Source: Babesia bigemina (Eukaryota). From it: a stretch of DNA of 64,000 bases. Below are positions 45,169 through 59,702 of the stretch, one piece after another. Both the position numbers and the translations under genes were made by a program. Each line of letters opens with the position of its first letter. The first letter of the stretch is position 1. The notes beneath the pieces were generated by a model that saw nothing but the letters and a program-made list of their open reading frames with translations, did not search any database and was not told the DNA's origin. The stretch lies in NCBI RefSeq assembly GCF_000981445.1, contig NC_027219.1:186001-250000 (forward strand). Reading direction: 5' to 3'.

Positions 45169-46657
45169 TTAAAACGTTTTGATTCCGCTGTTTTGGAAGC
45201 TGTTGCCCACGCATTTTAGCAGCACGCATTCCTCTTCCTGCACGAATTTGAACGTTACTCCGAGAAATTGCTTTATTTTCCGCAGGAACTCGATCGAATA
45301 ACGGTTCAGTCGGCCCATGCGGAACGTCGACACCTGGTAGTCACCGGACATGGCCATGAAAACTAGCGGCAGGTGCTGATGGGTGGTGTCCAAGATGCCC
45401 TTCAAGCTGATCTCAGCAAGCAGGCGCCGGGCAACCGCCTCGCCTATGGCCTCGTGGCGCTCATGGATACTGGTAGCAGACTCCGTATTCGCTTCCGGCT
45501 TAGCACTGGCCTCGGTTTTGCGGTTGGCTATTTCCAGGATCTTGGAAAGGCTGGTGTTGGCGCTAATGGACGCCGCCTTGGCCCCCGTATCAGCATCCTT
45601 TAGTGGAACTGTGCTGTCTGACGTGTATACAACCGATGGCCCCTCTGCAATCAACGCCACCGATACATACGGGTTCCCAGCACCCTTGGGAGTTACCAGG
45701 TCGATGTAGACGTTGTCGCACACCTCATTCAGCACCCGCTTGCAACCAGTGATCACGTTTGTGCCGAGGCTTGGTTGCAGGCAGCGCACCACTACACTGC
45801 CGCGCACCTTCTTCACACAGCTCCACGTGGACATGTCCACAGGTGCGATCTTTACCAGTGGAGTGTTGGTAAAGACCACCTCGTAAGGCTCCTTGTACTT
45901 GAACTCTACAGAGCTGCAACCTATTTTGCGCAGCACGACCGTGGCGCTGGAGCAGAAACTCTCCAGGAGGCTGAAGCTGTTGACCATTTCCCAATCCACA
46001 TCTTCGCCTTGACGGGTGAGTGTGATCCGAAACGGCTCAGATGAAAACACCGACAGGTATACGAGCGGCTCCAGGTAATACGACAGAGGAACCTGGCTCG
46101 AACACTGGAACTTCAAAGTCCCACCCACAATGCGACCCGGGTCAATGGTGACCTTCCCCTTCTCCACTTCTATACGCCCTCCCTGAGTTACCTTTGCCAG
46201 AAGCTCCAGCATTTGCGATTCATGTAACATGAGAACGCGATCCTGTGGCAGATGTGATTCGTCGAAACAAACATTAAGTGCACGCAACGAAAATACGACA
46301 TCGTGGCACTGCCACTAGAGCCATATCGGCGATACACAAATCTACTAAATTAGCCTGTTTACATGGATGTCAATCGAATACACCTGCTGAAAACCGATAT
46401 GAACTAACAGTCGTCATATGAATGAGATCTCTTCAAAGGCTGTTTATCAGAAGTGTGTCAGCAGGGCGTCGGTTGAGATCCAGCAGCTAACACAGCACAC
46501 ATCAGAGTGGACAGCCACTCACCTCACGTAGAGTGACCGAAGTATGCGATATAATGCTCAGGACCGCGACCATGCGCAGATAGGCGAAGGAATCCAGCTC
46601 CAGATGCTTCAAGAGCCGCTCCTTTGTCGCAAAGGTCTGGTCGCGCACGATTCCCAT
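45169..46657 (-). CDS. RCL1: RNA 3'-terminal phosphate cyclase-like protein; exon 1 46657-46523, 280-nt intron, exon 2 46242-45169
   Basis: LRMVAVLSIISHTSVTL (exon 1), HE..MLELL.KVT.G..IE, PG.I.GG, SYYLEP, D..HQ, FLR.IK.FLGVTF, KCVG. Confidence 0.85.
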
Positions 46658-46852
46658 CTTGAATACGCGCCACCAGATCTCAGACGTATATTGCAATCAT
46701 CGTGTAGCCTACCGAATCATTTTTGCCATGTAGCGGTCGCGTATGACCCCAGTGCCGCCGGAGGAGGGGAGTGCCGGGGCCTTACACCTGCACGTCGTCC
46801 GCGGTAAGACAGAAAAAAAATTAATGCTGTATGTTATATCGGAACACGCCGG

Positions 46853-49312
46853 CTACTGTGCGTATGTGCGGCGGTTGCGTACATAGTACAGCAGCAACGC
46901 CGCCTTCACGCGGTAGACGAGATCCTTGGCCAACTCGAAGTACTTAGGTGTAAAAATGGACTTGTAGGGATTGAAGCAGTGGCGCGGATATCGCAAATCG
47001 GAATAATAAATGTCCATGATGTCCTGGTTAATCGACAGCTCATCCTCCGGGTTCACGCGACGTATGGTCACCTCGTCAAATGTGCTCCAACTTGCGACGC
47101 GTTCCTTGAAGGCTTCCACGCACAGTGCCGTCTGCGGATCCACGTGAGGGCCTTCGAACATCGTGACGGCGATCTGGCTGTACAGCCGGTAGTGCGCTTC
47201 AAATGCATCCTCCAGGGAATCGCGGTCGAACACGCTAGTCACCTCCAAAACGCTGCCCATGAGCCTGAGGTGTTTCCCGTACTCACTTCTGCTGTATATA
47301 CCTTCCTTGTGGAAGATCCAGTCCAGTTCGATAACCATGAAGTAAAGCGCGCAGTTGTTTTCCGCAAGCAGGCGGTAGTTGCAACCCATGTAGCGCTGGA
47401 ATGCTTCCAGGTACGCAGCTCCAGCAGTCTCACCTTCTATAGGCGAGCTGCTTAAATGGCACGTGCGCAGCGTGTTGGAAATCAAATCGTCCGTGATCAT
47501 CACGTAAACGTCCAAAACAAAATGAAGGCACATTCCTGCCATGAGCGTAGCCAGGCTGACACGGCACCCTGGGGAGGCAAACATGCTGTTACCCACCAGT
47601 ATCTCGATGTACTTAGAGCAACTCAGCATCTGAAGGAGCAAAATCGATAGCTCCGTAAATTCCGTCACTAAGGAGTTTGCAAATTCAGACTCCGCCTGCG
47701 ATGCCCCCGGGTCCGGTTCTGAAACAGCACGGCTATGAAGGACAGACGACCAGCTCTTAACTGAGTCGTTAGAATCCATTTCATATTGCTCGTGCTCATC
47801 CGATGTAGTGTGACGCGTTGATGTCGTTTCAGACATGCCGCAATATGGTTGAAATAGGTTGGCCCATGCACTGCGTACCCTATTGTAACAGCCGCCTTCC
47901 TCTTGAGGGTTCGAGTATCCCGAACGACCGCTGCTGTAAGAATATACATGTGCATCTGGTTCATACCTATGTCGGTTGAAATCATACATGCGATACGCTT
48001 TTCGCGTCACCTCGAACAATATTGGCGCCACCTTCAGCGTCAGGTTCAAACCGAAAATACCATGAGACAGTAGCAACAGCTGTTCCAAACAGTTAGCAAT
48101 CTGAAAGTTCACGACTTGCAAAATGCGGTTCTTCTTTATCTCCTTCGCTAGGTGAGCTAGCTCGCGTTTGAATATTCCGTGGTGATACTTGAGGCTTCGC
48201 CTGAGTGAGTGGGCTCCCCCGTTCAGCTTTTGCTTGAGAAATGCACCTCGGTCAAGTGCAGGCATTAGCGATGGTAAGCAAGCATTCGTACATTCCTCGT
48301 ATCCGAGATTGGTGAAAATCGAATCCACGAACATGAGGAAGTAGAACAGCGAAAAAATATCAAAACGAGCGCAGCCGTTGTTGTAGTTCAGCGCTATTTC
48401 AATGCAGTTGGCTGCCACCATGAACAGCAAGGTGGTGTCGTCTTCGGTAACGCTCTGCGCTTCGCGCTGCATATCAGCCGTACCTCCTCGGTCTACAAGG
48501 TTGAACAGAAACAGCAAACAACGCCTTACACCGGCCCCAGTCGTGGCGACGGCGTTCTGGAAAAAACGTGACAACAAATCCACTGCAATGAAAGGTACAT
48601 TTATGTTAATGAACAGCACGTTGCAGACCTGGAATATCTTTCGTTTTATCATGGTGTAGTGACTGCGCCACCAAAACATCACGCTTGACTGGTCTGCAGA
48701 TACGCAAAGCTGCGGATGGGGGATGGGTGGGGAGACACAAATACATCCATGAACCGATAGCAAACCTTTTGTGCATGTATTATGTCGATTGGAAGCCTCT
48801 GCAGCAGAACGATCGTCTGACTGCAAATTTGAATACCGCACACTGTCATACACTCCTGTACTGGCAATACTGCAACTGTATTCGCCGTCCTTACACGTTC
48901 GCGGGCCACAAAGGCTCTCACAACGAACGTACATTAGTGCGTTGTCGCCGAAACAGTCGATCAAGTTTTTCTTGAATTCCTTCTCAAGGGTGTCAACATT
49001 GCCGTAACATCTTCGCTTGGTAAGTCGGGTCGCAGTATATTTCCCGGGGCTTCGAGTAGCAACGTAATGGTTCATTTCAATTGATTTCCGCAATATCCGC
49101 ACCAAGCTAATCCGACAAAGACTTAGGTTTAAATGGCGACGGGAAATGGAGCGCCTAACTGCACGTTTATGATGCGTCCCGACATTCAGCGCTTTTGGAG
49201 GTACTATCTTCATGCGATGGTCTGAAAGAGTCCTACAGTTGAGTTGACGCATCAGATGCTCGTACTGATGCCTCACGAGAATGCGATGTAGTCCGACGAT
49301 ATTCTGCCGCAA
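46853..49312 (-). CDS. Hypothetical protein, main exon; further small exons probably extend upstream to ~49.7 kb
   Basis: 819-codon open frame preceded by an AG acceptor; no recognised motif. Confidence 0.75.
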   Translation of the reverse strand: MRQNIVGLHRILVRHQYEHLMRQLNCRTLSDHRMKIVPPKALNVGTHHKRAVRRSISRRHLNLSLCRISLVRILRKSIEMNHYVATRSPGKYTATRLTKRRCYGNVDTLEKEFKKNLIDCFGDNALMYVRCESLCGPRTCKDGEYSCSIASTGVYDSVRYSNLQSDDRSAAEASNRHNTCTKGLLSVHGCICVSPPIPHPQLCVSADQSSVMFWWRSHYTMIKRKIFQVCNVLFININVPFIAVDLLSRFFQNAVATTGAGVRRCLLFLFNLVDRGGTADMQREAQSVTEDDTTLLFMVAANCIEIALNYNNGCARFDIFSLFYFLMFVDSIFTNLGYEECTNACLPSLMPALDRGAFLKQKLNGGAHSLRRSLKYHHGIFKRELAHLAKEIKKNRILQVVNFQIANCLEQLLLLSHGIFGLNLTLKVAPILFEVTRKAYRMYDFNRHRYEPDAHVYSYSSGRSGYSNPQEEGGCYNRVRSAWANLFQPYCGMSETTSTRHTTSDEHEQYEMDSNDSVKSWSSVLHSRAVSEPDPGASQAESEFANSLVTEFTELSILLLQMLSCSKYIEILVGNSMFASPGCRVSLATLMAGMCLHFVLDVYVMITDDLISNTLRTCHLSSSPIEGETAGAAYLEAFQRYMGCNYRLLAENNCALYFMVIELDWIFHKEGIYSRSEYGKHLRLMGSVLEVTSVFDRDSLEDAFEAHYRLYSQIAVTMFEGPHVDPQTALCVEAFKERVASWSTFDEVTIRRVNPEDELSINQDIMDIYYSDLRYPRHCFNPYKSIFTPKYFELAKDLVYRVKAALLLYYVRNRRTYAQ

Positions 49313-50418
49313 ATATAGCGCTATGAATGCTCAACAAACCCGTGACTTGAGCAGCTCCGCGAATACCCCTCGAACGGTATTCAATTCCAGTGGGCGGTCC
49401 CGTGATGTATGGTTCGCTAAGAACTCCATCAAGACGGTCAGTATGAGGTCTGCGTCCTCGCAGTGCTTCAGGTGTTCAAGTGCGACGTCGCTGCGAAGGA
49501 TGCATGACGTGCTCTAAACTCTTACATTGCAAGCCTCACATCGTGCAAATAGTGCAGGCAGAAGTAGCTCTTGTGCATGGCCAGCACCGACTCAGGACGA
49601 GCCATTATTCCGAAGCGCCGGTAACCAGCCGTACCCAGGGATTGGCTGCAAAAGGTTAGCAGCAACTGTAATATCAAGTTACATGTGGTTACTCATCGAT
49701 GGCAGACCGTACACCCTACAACCTATAAGAGGTTGACGACCGCATCGATGCGCCGCCATCAGCAGCGTGTGAGCGTTATCAATGCCGGTAGGAGCGATAT
49801 GTAGAGCCGCAGAACAACGGGCCTTCGATGCATTTCACGCCGTGAGAGACCCTGCAGCTCGCTCATACGTTATGAACTGCCTTAGAGGTACTTGTAGAAC
49901 ACACACGTGTGTGGAAATCGACTCGTACACACACATTTAAGCGAGAGGAAAATTCGGTCATCAACAGAGGCGAGAAAAAGCCGTTACGGCCACCAAAGAT
50001 TTAAAAACCGTGACAGTAGACCCTACTAGATCATTGTAAGATATGTGACATCACGGACACGTCGATTTACGTATCCGTGAGGTTATTTGAATCCGGCAAA
50101 TGTTACCCCGGAAAGCAGCAAGCCTTCCGGGGCATTTACGCGGGATTTCGCACACACATGGCCATTAATATCACACATAGCGTAACAAATACTTCACTGA
50201 ATGCAACTAGTTCACAATTCAACTGTGGAAAGGAGGGGGTGGCTAAGACAACGCGAAGGACGCGGCAGCTGCCCTCCCTGCTGCCCATTACTTTACACGA
50301 CCACATGGAGGCGTTCTCTCCGGAGGAAATTTTATAACGTCTAAAAGGAAAACGGCGATAACCCAATCCAAATTAAACCGATAAATCGCTGCCAGACAGC
50401 GACATAGGCCACTGCAAA

Positions 50419-52729
50419 ATGTTCAAGGGCGCCGCTATTTTCAGACGGCTTGCGCCACACTCACGGCGTTTCTCTGCAGAATCGATCACGAAGCGAGTTG
50501 CTGGTAAGTGTACGTGCTGTGCGAAGGGTCATGGGCGGCCAACGTATTTATGTGCGCCTGCCTGGAGCAGGCCAATCACCGAAACCGTTGACAAAGACAG
50601 CCTGCTTACCTGACTGTTTCACATCAGTTGGTGTTTACAGTTGCGTATTTGTACGTGCAATCCGTTGGCCGTCGAATGGGGACGTGGTACTGCCTTTTAG
50701 GTTATCGGTTGCCGATAGAGGTGGCGTCGCAATACTGGCGTGCAGCAACACGCAGATGTGTTCATACGTGGCTCGTACAGAATACATTGCATGCTTATTA
50801 ACGATGTGCGGCACCTATGTGGTCCATTATTAAGTGTTGTTCGTTGTGGAAACAGCTGTTTTCCACATCAGCACTTCCATGACAACGAATCACGATTTTG
50901 CAGGGCACAGCGTAGTGGAGCATTCATACGACGCAGTTGTGGTCGGTGCCGGCGGAGCTGGCCTCAGAGCTGCCCTCGAACTGAGCTCAAATGGATACAA
51001 AACGGCGTGCATTTCTAAGCTCTTCCCAACACGAAGCCACACTGTGGCCGCGCAGGGAGGCATCAACGCCGCGCTGGGTAACATGACGGAGGACGACTGG
51101 AGGTGGCACGCGTACGATACAGTCAAGGGCTCAGACTGGCTCGGTGACCAGGACGCAATTCATTACATGTGCAAACAGGCGCCGCAGGCTGTCATTGAAT
51201 TGGAAAACTACGGGCTGCCGTTCAGTCGCACCGAAAGCGGTAAAATCTACCAAAGAGCGTTCGGAGGGCAGTCCCTCAAATTCGGAAAAGGGGGGCAGGC
51301 TTACAGATGCGCTGCTGCCGCGGACAGGACGGGGCACGCCATGTTGCATACGCTGTACGGTCAGTCGCTCGCCAAGAACTGCCAATTTTTCATCGAGTAC
51401 TTCCTTCTTGACCTGCTGTACGAAAACGGCGCCGTAGTTGGCTGTGTTTGCATGCGCATGGCTAATGGCGAAATACACGTCTTCAAAAGCAACAACGTAG
51501 TCATGGCGACGGGGGGTTTCGGCAGATGCTACTTCAGCTGCACGTCGGCTCACATGTGCACTGGCGATGGAAACGCGGCGGTCGCACGTGCCGGGCTGCC
51601 CCTCCAAGATATGGAATTCGTTCAGTTCCACCCTACCGGCATTTACCCAGCAGGGTGTCTGATCACCGAAGGGTGCCGTGGAGAGGGAGGGATTCTGCGA
51701 AACAGTGAGGGAGAGCCCTTCATGAGCAGGTATGCACCCGTTGCAAAGGATCTCGCGTCTAGGGACGTTGTGTCGAGAGCAATGACGTGTGAGATACTAG
51801 AAGGCAGGGGTTGCGGCCCCAACAAAGACCACATCTACCTCGATCTAACACACCTCGGCGAAGACGTGTTCCGCGACAAGCTGCCGGGAATCACAGAGAC
51901 GGCCAAAATCTTTGCCGGTGTCGACGCCAGAAAGCAATACATTCCTGTCCTCCCAACTGTACATTACAACATGGGAGGCATCCCCACAAACTGGAAGGCT
52001 CAAGCCATTGACCGGAGCGACAACACGGTACCCGGGCTGTATGCAGCGGGCGAAGCGGCGTGCGCATCTGTCCATGGAGCGAACAGGCTGGGTGCAAACA
52101 GCCTCCTTGACATCGTGGTGTTCGGTAAAAGGGCGGCACTCTCCGTCATTGAGGCCTGCACCCCGGGCGAGCAGAGTAAAGCCTCGCCGGTATGCGTGCG
52201 AGGCGCAGTAGAATCGACCATAGCCAAGATTACCAAGCTGTTCGCGAGCGGTAAGTGCAGCGGACCGAGCCACACACAACCTGCAGCCAAAAAAGACGGC
52301 ATTCCCACCTCTGCGATCCGCCTGCATATGCAGAAAAGCATGCAAGACAATGTGGCCGTCTTCAGGGACGGCGAGCGCCTGAAAAGGGGAGTCGCGCTCC
52401 TCGAGGAGTGCTGTGACCAGTTCAAGGACGTAAAAATTACTGACACATCTCCGGCATTCAACACGGATCTGTACGAGACGCTTGAGCTGGAGAACCTCCT
52501 GACGCTGGCCATGCAAACCGTTGTGTCGGCTGAGGCCCGCAAGGAATCCAGGGGAGCTCATTCACGAGAGGACTACCCCGCCAGGGACGACGTGAACTGG
52601 CGCAAACACACCCTATCGTACATAGAGTCGCCGGAGTTCAAGAATGTCAAGCTGGCTTACCGCAGCGTCATAGATACAACGCTTGGCAGTGACATGGAAA
52701 CCATTCCTCCGTTCGAAAGAACGTATTAA
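50419..52729 (+). CDS. SDHA: Succinate dehydrogenase flavoprotein subunit, mitochondrial
   Basis: Presequence exon 50419-50503, intron 50504-50903; [53 protein letters not shown]. Confidence 0.98.
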
Positions 52730-53801
52730 TCACTGGGAACTGAGGCGTTTATGATGCCAGTGACCACAACTACGACCACAGATTTAAAGCTTGTATGGGT
52801 ATGTTCACCGTGTTTTAATGTGCCCATTGCTGCGCTGAATAAGCTGTCACGACGATTCGCTATACCACATACAGAAGACGTTTCTTGCAGGTCGAGCACG
52901 GAAGCGTCACGTAATGAATCGGTGGCATGCCACAAATGAATTCAGGATTCTGGTAGACGGGTGCCCTGCTGTGAGAATCGTGAGTATGTGTTGGTTTCCG
53001 CCCGCGTTGCTACTGTATAAATTTTATTGCTGATTAAAAAAACTGCAGTGAGCATAAGCTCCCGGAATCCTACCATCCCCAGCCTGCCAGGGTGTAAAGC
53101 TGGACTCTCATGATACAACGGCTCTGTATACCGCGACAGCAAATACTTCGCCCATACCGCCTAAGTATCTCAGAAAGGACTAAATCCCCAAAAGATGTGT
53201 GCATAGGCCACATTTTGACGGGGTTCTGACGTGTAATGTTGTAATGCCGCGGGGCTCGGCTAATGCACGGGTGTGTAGTTTACGCTCCAATCGGTAGGCA
53301 TTCACCGAGCTGAAAATTTGTTACGCTAATTAGTTCAATATATGTAGCCAAATTGTTAGTTGCCGTCCAAAGTGACAGCTGCCGACGCGGGATTCCGCGT
53401 ATCTATGGCTCTATCTGGGGGGCCCCTGCTCCCTATGCTTTCGATATTAATATTAATGCGGTACAGGATTCATAAGCTGTCATGTAATATAGTGTAGGAT
53501 TAAAATTGAAGTTGGGAGAACGCCTGGGATCTTTCGGTCGTGGTGGATCAACGGCCAATGTGCCCGGACACTGGGCATCGGCCACATTCTTCCCGCGGAG
53601 AATTGACAACGGCATTTCGTCTGCGGATGGCAGCCCCGCGTAAAGTATGAATTATATGCGCTACAGGGGCTGCGAAAGCCGCGTATTTGCCGTCCGTATC
53701 TCTGCAACGTTGCTGACCCTGCCGTGACCGAAGATTATCAATAATGAAGTAACACGAGTTGGCCCTTGTTGTAAATCGCATAATTATAAAACTTCAACAG
53801 G

Positions 53802-54248
53802 ATGTCGGACAAGAAACCCACCGAGTCAGATGCGAACGGTGCATTGAATACGATTATAAACTTCCTTGGTATTGACTCCGGTAAACTGGTTGAGACATTG
53901 GGAAGCAAGATTGCGGATAGAATTAATAAAGGTGAAATTGATTATAATCAGGTGGTCGTCATCTGTGGTAACAAGATAGACTATTTGGTTGGAATCTATA
54001 TCATTGTACCTATCATTGCCATCTTTGTCGTCGGCGCAATTTGCTTCGTCCTCCTAGCGCTGCTAAACATGGCCTTCAACGGCTTGGAGAATTTCCAGGA
54101 TTGGGTTGAAGAGACATGGCAGAGCTTCAGTGACGAAGAGATCTTAATGAACAATGCATCCAAAGCAGCAACTGGTGGTTCCAATGTCGTAAACAAAGTA
54201 GTTTGGATTGGAGGCGGCTCCAACAGCGCAAACTCGCTTAGAGGATAG
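53802..54248 (+). CDS. Small single-pass membrane hypothetical protein
   Basis: 148-aa ORF with one long hydrophobic stretch. Confidence 0.65.
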   Translation: MSDKKPTESDANGALNTIINFLGIDSGKLVETLGSKIADRINKGEIDYNQVVVICGNKIDYLVGIYIIVPIIAIFVVGAICFVLLALLNMAFNGLENFQDWVEETWQSFSDEEILMNNASKAATGGSNVVNKVVWIGGGSNSANSLRG

Positions 54249-54585
54249 ACCGCGGTAAATCCGATCGTATATTAAAATGGCCTTTAGAGAGGTACGTGAA
54301 ACGCGAAACATTGCATAAAACGATCCGTATACACGGAGAGGACTGTAAAAACACAGAACATGCGAATGTGCACGAAAGGAATTGCGCATTCGACACCTCG
54401 TAAATCATACAAGCGGATTACTTCACTACGCCGTCAGGGGCCTCATCGTGGACTGGGCCCACGAAGCACGCATGAAGGCATAATACACGTGCCTACTGAA
54501 ACATTATATTAATATACTGTAATATGTTAAATGTGTTCAATTGTTCATTTGAAACATATTGGACAGTGCAGGAGGTATGGCACTG

Positions 54586-55115
54586 TCACTTGTTAACTTT
54601 GTCGGCCTTGTCTGTCCATAATTTGCTCAATGTGTATAGCGTCGGCTCCATGAAGTAGCTTGTGGATTGCTGCTGAGACAGCATTGCGCGTTCAGCGACG
54701 AGGTCTAACACCGATACGCGGTGGTTTAGAATCTGCACGCGGCCACTCTTCACGGCGTATATGGTGTGGTCCCGGCCCATCTTCGTCCCTACGAAACGAT
54801 GTAAAACAGTTAAAAAAAGTGCTGGCAGTAGTAAATAGCCGACTTAGGGTCAACACTCACCGATTCCGCACTTAAATTTTGCTCCGCGCTGCCGTACTAT
54901 GATGTTGCCGACGAAGGCGAAGCTGTTGTGGCACTTTTTGATGCCCAGGAACTTAGGATTTGAATCTCGCCCATTCTTAGTGCTACCTGTGCCTGTTTTG
55001 TGTGCCTGTAAGTGGAATCTGCGCAGAAGATGACGTGAACCATCCGAACAGTAAAGCGTACCTTGCGCGCAAGCAGCTGGACGGCAGCGCCTGGACGCAG
55101 GACTGAGCCCGCCAT
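54586..55115 (-). CDS. MRPL27: Organellar (likely mitochondrial) ribosomal protein bL27, 3 exons
   Basis: [44 protein letters not shown]...G.V. Confidence 0.92.
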
Positions 55116-55316
55116 CCGAAACAGACTGTTACATTGGTTAGCAATAAGACCAAGATTGCCAGGTGAATGTGCATTTAAATATATAATTCAAAAATATTAA
55201 TCGCGTGGAATCGCGGGAGGGTTCGCACACCTTGCCATCGTGTCGCAAACCCTACCAAACAACTCAGTTGTTGACGTTCCTACCAAAAATTTTAGATTCT
55301 CAGGGGGAATTTGAAG

Positions 55317-57068
<1,752 letters not shown>

Positions 57069-57169
57069 TGACTTTTTACGCCGACGGAACCTGCAATAGG
57101 TCTACATTATCGTTCTCCTGATCAATCCTTAGTGGTGAGTTAACTCCCTGGAATCATGCAAGCGTATAT

Positions 57170-58768
57170 ACTGGCTTATCGGCTGAACTGCAGCGCACAA
57201 GTGTTTAGATAGCATATAGTATGCAAATGAGCGCAGGAGCACTGAGAAGTTGGACGTAATCGCGGATGAGATGGAAAAGAGCGAGGTCGTTGCCCAAGAA
57301 AGACCAATCAGCTAATAATTTAATGCTTGCCACTAAATACTACTCCCGCAGCGTGGTAAACTACTACCTTTGAAACATCCGCTGTGTATCAACCGCTTCT
57401 AGAAGACCTAGTGGAGGATCTACCAGCAGAAAGCCAAAGCGCATTAAAAATCAATGCGTTCGAGACGTCGGATCACAATCACATTGGAGGCATTTTTTCA
57501 AGCATAAAATTTTGAATGACCAATGACTTAATTTTATTCATGTAGCCTGCATATGATACTACATTTACATTCTGACTTCGTAACGCTAAGTAAGCTAAGT
57601 GCGCTCCGTGAGCCTTAAGAAGAGCACTGGGTTAACGAGCTGATCGTGAGGATGGAGTCGTTGAACCCGCACTCGTTACATTATGTGCGGCACGCATCAC
57701 ATTTGCGCGGTAACGATATATGAGAACGGGAATGCGGAGCACGAAGCGGCCAACGACGACACCAAAGACAGCGCATATTATATATGTATTGTGCTGCCAT
57801 TTCCTGTAGTATCGACCTTCATCAACTAAACCAAGTGGTGCCACCATAGACGTGTTATTTGTACATAAATGGTTATGCAGGTTTTGTCAATATAGACAGT
57901 TGAAAGTGCATTGCCCTACGGCTCTCGCTCCTGATACATATTAGCTTCAAATACCGAGTACAATGCAATTACAGCAATTAAACATATTGCTAATGTAGTA
58001 GCGCTCATTATGGTCTAAGTATAATACATCGGTAGTACCACACAGATGTTTTCAATTCTCGCGGAACCCACATAACTTTGTTCCACTCAGCTCTCATAAT
58101 CTCTATACTGCGTTACAATAACCATGCCACACGCAATATGAATCTATCAGCCCATGATTCCGAAAAATCAATGTGCACCAAGCGTGTTCATTCGTCAATA
58201 TGCAGACAGGAGAACATACAGATTAATCAACGGGCTTTACCGTAAAGTTACATTAAAATGTTCAATGCGTGGCGGTAATATATAATTATCGTATGCTGCG
58301 ATTTGGCAACAATGATGTCAGAAAGTCAGATATGTCCACTATCGATCGGGCTCCTGTCACAGCCTCGAATAGACGAGTTGATATGCAGCAAGGTACATTA
58401 GAGACCAAGCCGTTACAATACACAGCAGCAGTTGGAGGAATATTCGCCATTTTAGAGCTTCTTTAGCTGCAAATACAACTGTTTTTCAGTGTTTGACATG
58501 ATTAGTTTTTCCTGGTCTGGCTAAGAGCTTGTAACCGTATTAAATACTCGGTGACTGTCTGCGATAGGAAATATTGAGCCATTGCTGCGCTGAATCAAAC
58601 GAACACCCAGAGTACATGCGATAGATATCCACCCTTCTGAACTTGGTATACGCAGAATTGCCGTGCCAAGTATCTTAAGGCTTGGAGGAAGAGAAGAATG
58701 GCTTTACCAGATATCCAGAGCACGGCGTAAGTGACATTTCCAAAGACAATCACAAGTTTCTGCTTCAT
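57170..58768 (-). CDS. Possible multi-exon polytopic membrane protein (exon structure unresolved)
   Basis: Several short hydrophobic frames (MKQKLVIVFGNVTYAVLW, WRIFLQLLLCIVTAWSL, TLAICLIAVIALY, YIICAVFGVVVGRF) separated by GT..AG segments. Confidence 0.3.
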
Positions 58769-59702
58769 GTTTCCAGCTTGATGGTAACACCCTTATATTT
58801 ATGTCTTCGAAATTAACTCCTGCAGGCGGCTTAGTTGAAGTGTGTACCGAAACAGTTCAATTGTAGCACAATTATCGGACCGTTTCCACAGCCCATAAAG
58901 CAATACAACTAATTTATATACACCTCTTAGCAGCACGAGTCAAGATCATCAATGCACGTATTATCGTGTGTCTGCAGTATTGACCTCAAATCAAAATGTG
59001 TAGGCGTTAGACACGTCAAAATCTTTGCTAGAATCTTAGATATACTCACACATTTGTTAATTATGCTATCGAAATGTTATAGGAGAATCGTGGAAGCACT
59101 GTCTGAATGAACTTCAGTCGGTTGCAAAGGCTTACACATTAGCATTGTCTTAACTGAAGGCATCGTCCATCGGCACTAACACCAGCGTATTGTTCTTATT
59201 TAGCCTACAAATAGCGTGTTTAACAGTAATATATTTTCAACATAGCGACGTAACGTACTAAAGGTCAGACTAATCACGCGACCACCTTTAGCGGGCACCT
59301 AGCGCAATGTATTTGTATTTGAGAACCCAGATGACAAGGGTTGCCGATTACGGTGTATATTTCACCACAAAAGGTATTCGCTAATAATGTAGATACTCTT
59401 TGTTGCACTAGGAGCGCCCTTCCGAGGAAAATTGCCACATACAACATCGACTGTGCTGCAGAATGTATGCATCTTCAAAAATTGCGACATATAGACGCCA
59501 TATTATCGTATGAGCTGAGTCCTCAACGTATTTTAATTAAGGGTGTGAGTACTCATAGACGTTGTATCGCGGATATTTAAAGCGCCCAACGCGGGTGAAG
59601 GTTTTTCGTTCCTTTTGTATGGAATCTTAACATATCTCATGTTCCACTAGGGGTGGTTGAAGATTGAATGTGCGCATTATAGGCAGCTGTTTAAAGAATC
59701 AC

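Noticed and set aside
50521..50886. RNase P/MRP P4-like pairing in the SDHA intron
   Set aside because: The 5' strand lies only ~20 nt into the intron, leaving no room for P1-P3; kept only as generic end-pairing
57900..58768. PTPLA/HACD dehydratase assignment for the putative membrane gene
   Set aside because: AWSL is present but the following E..RY motif could not be built from any splice
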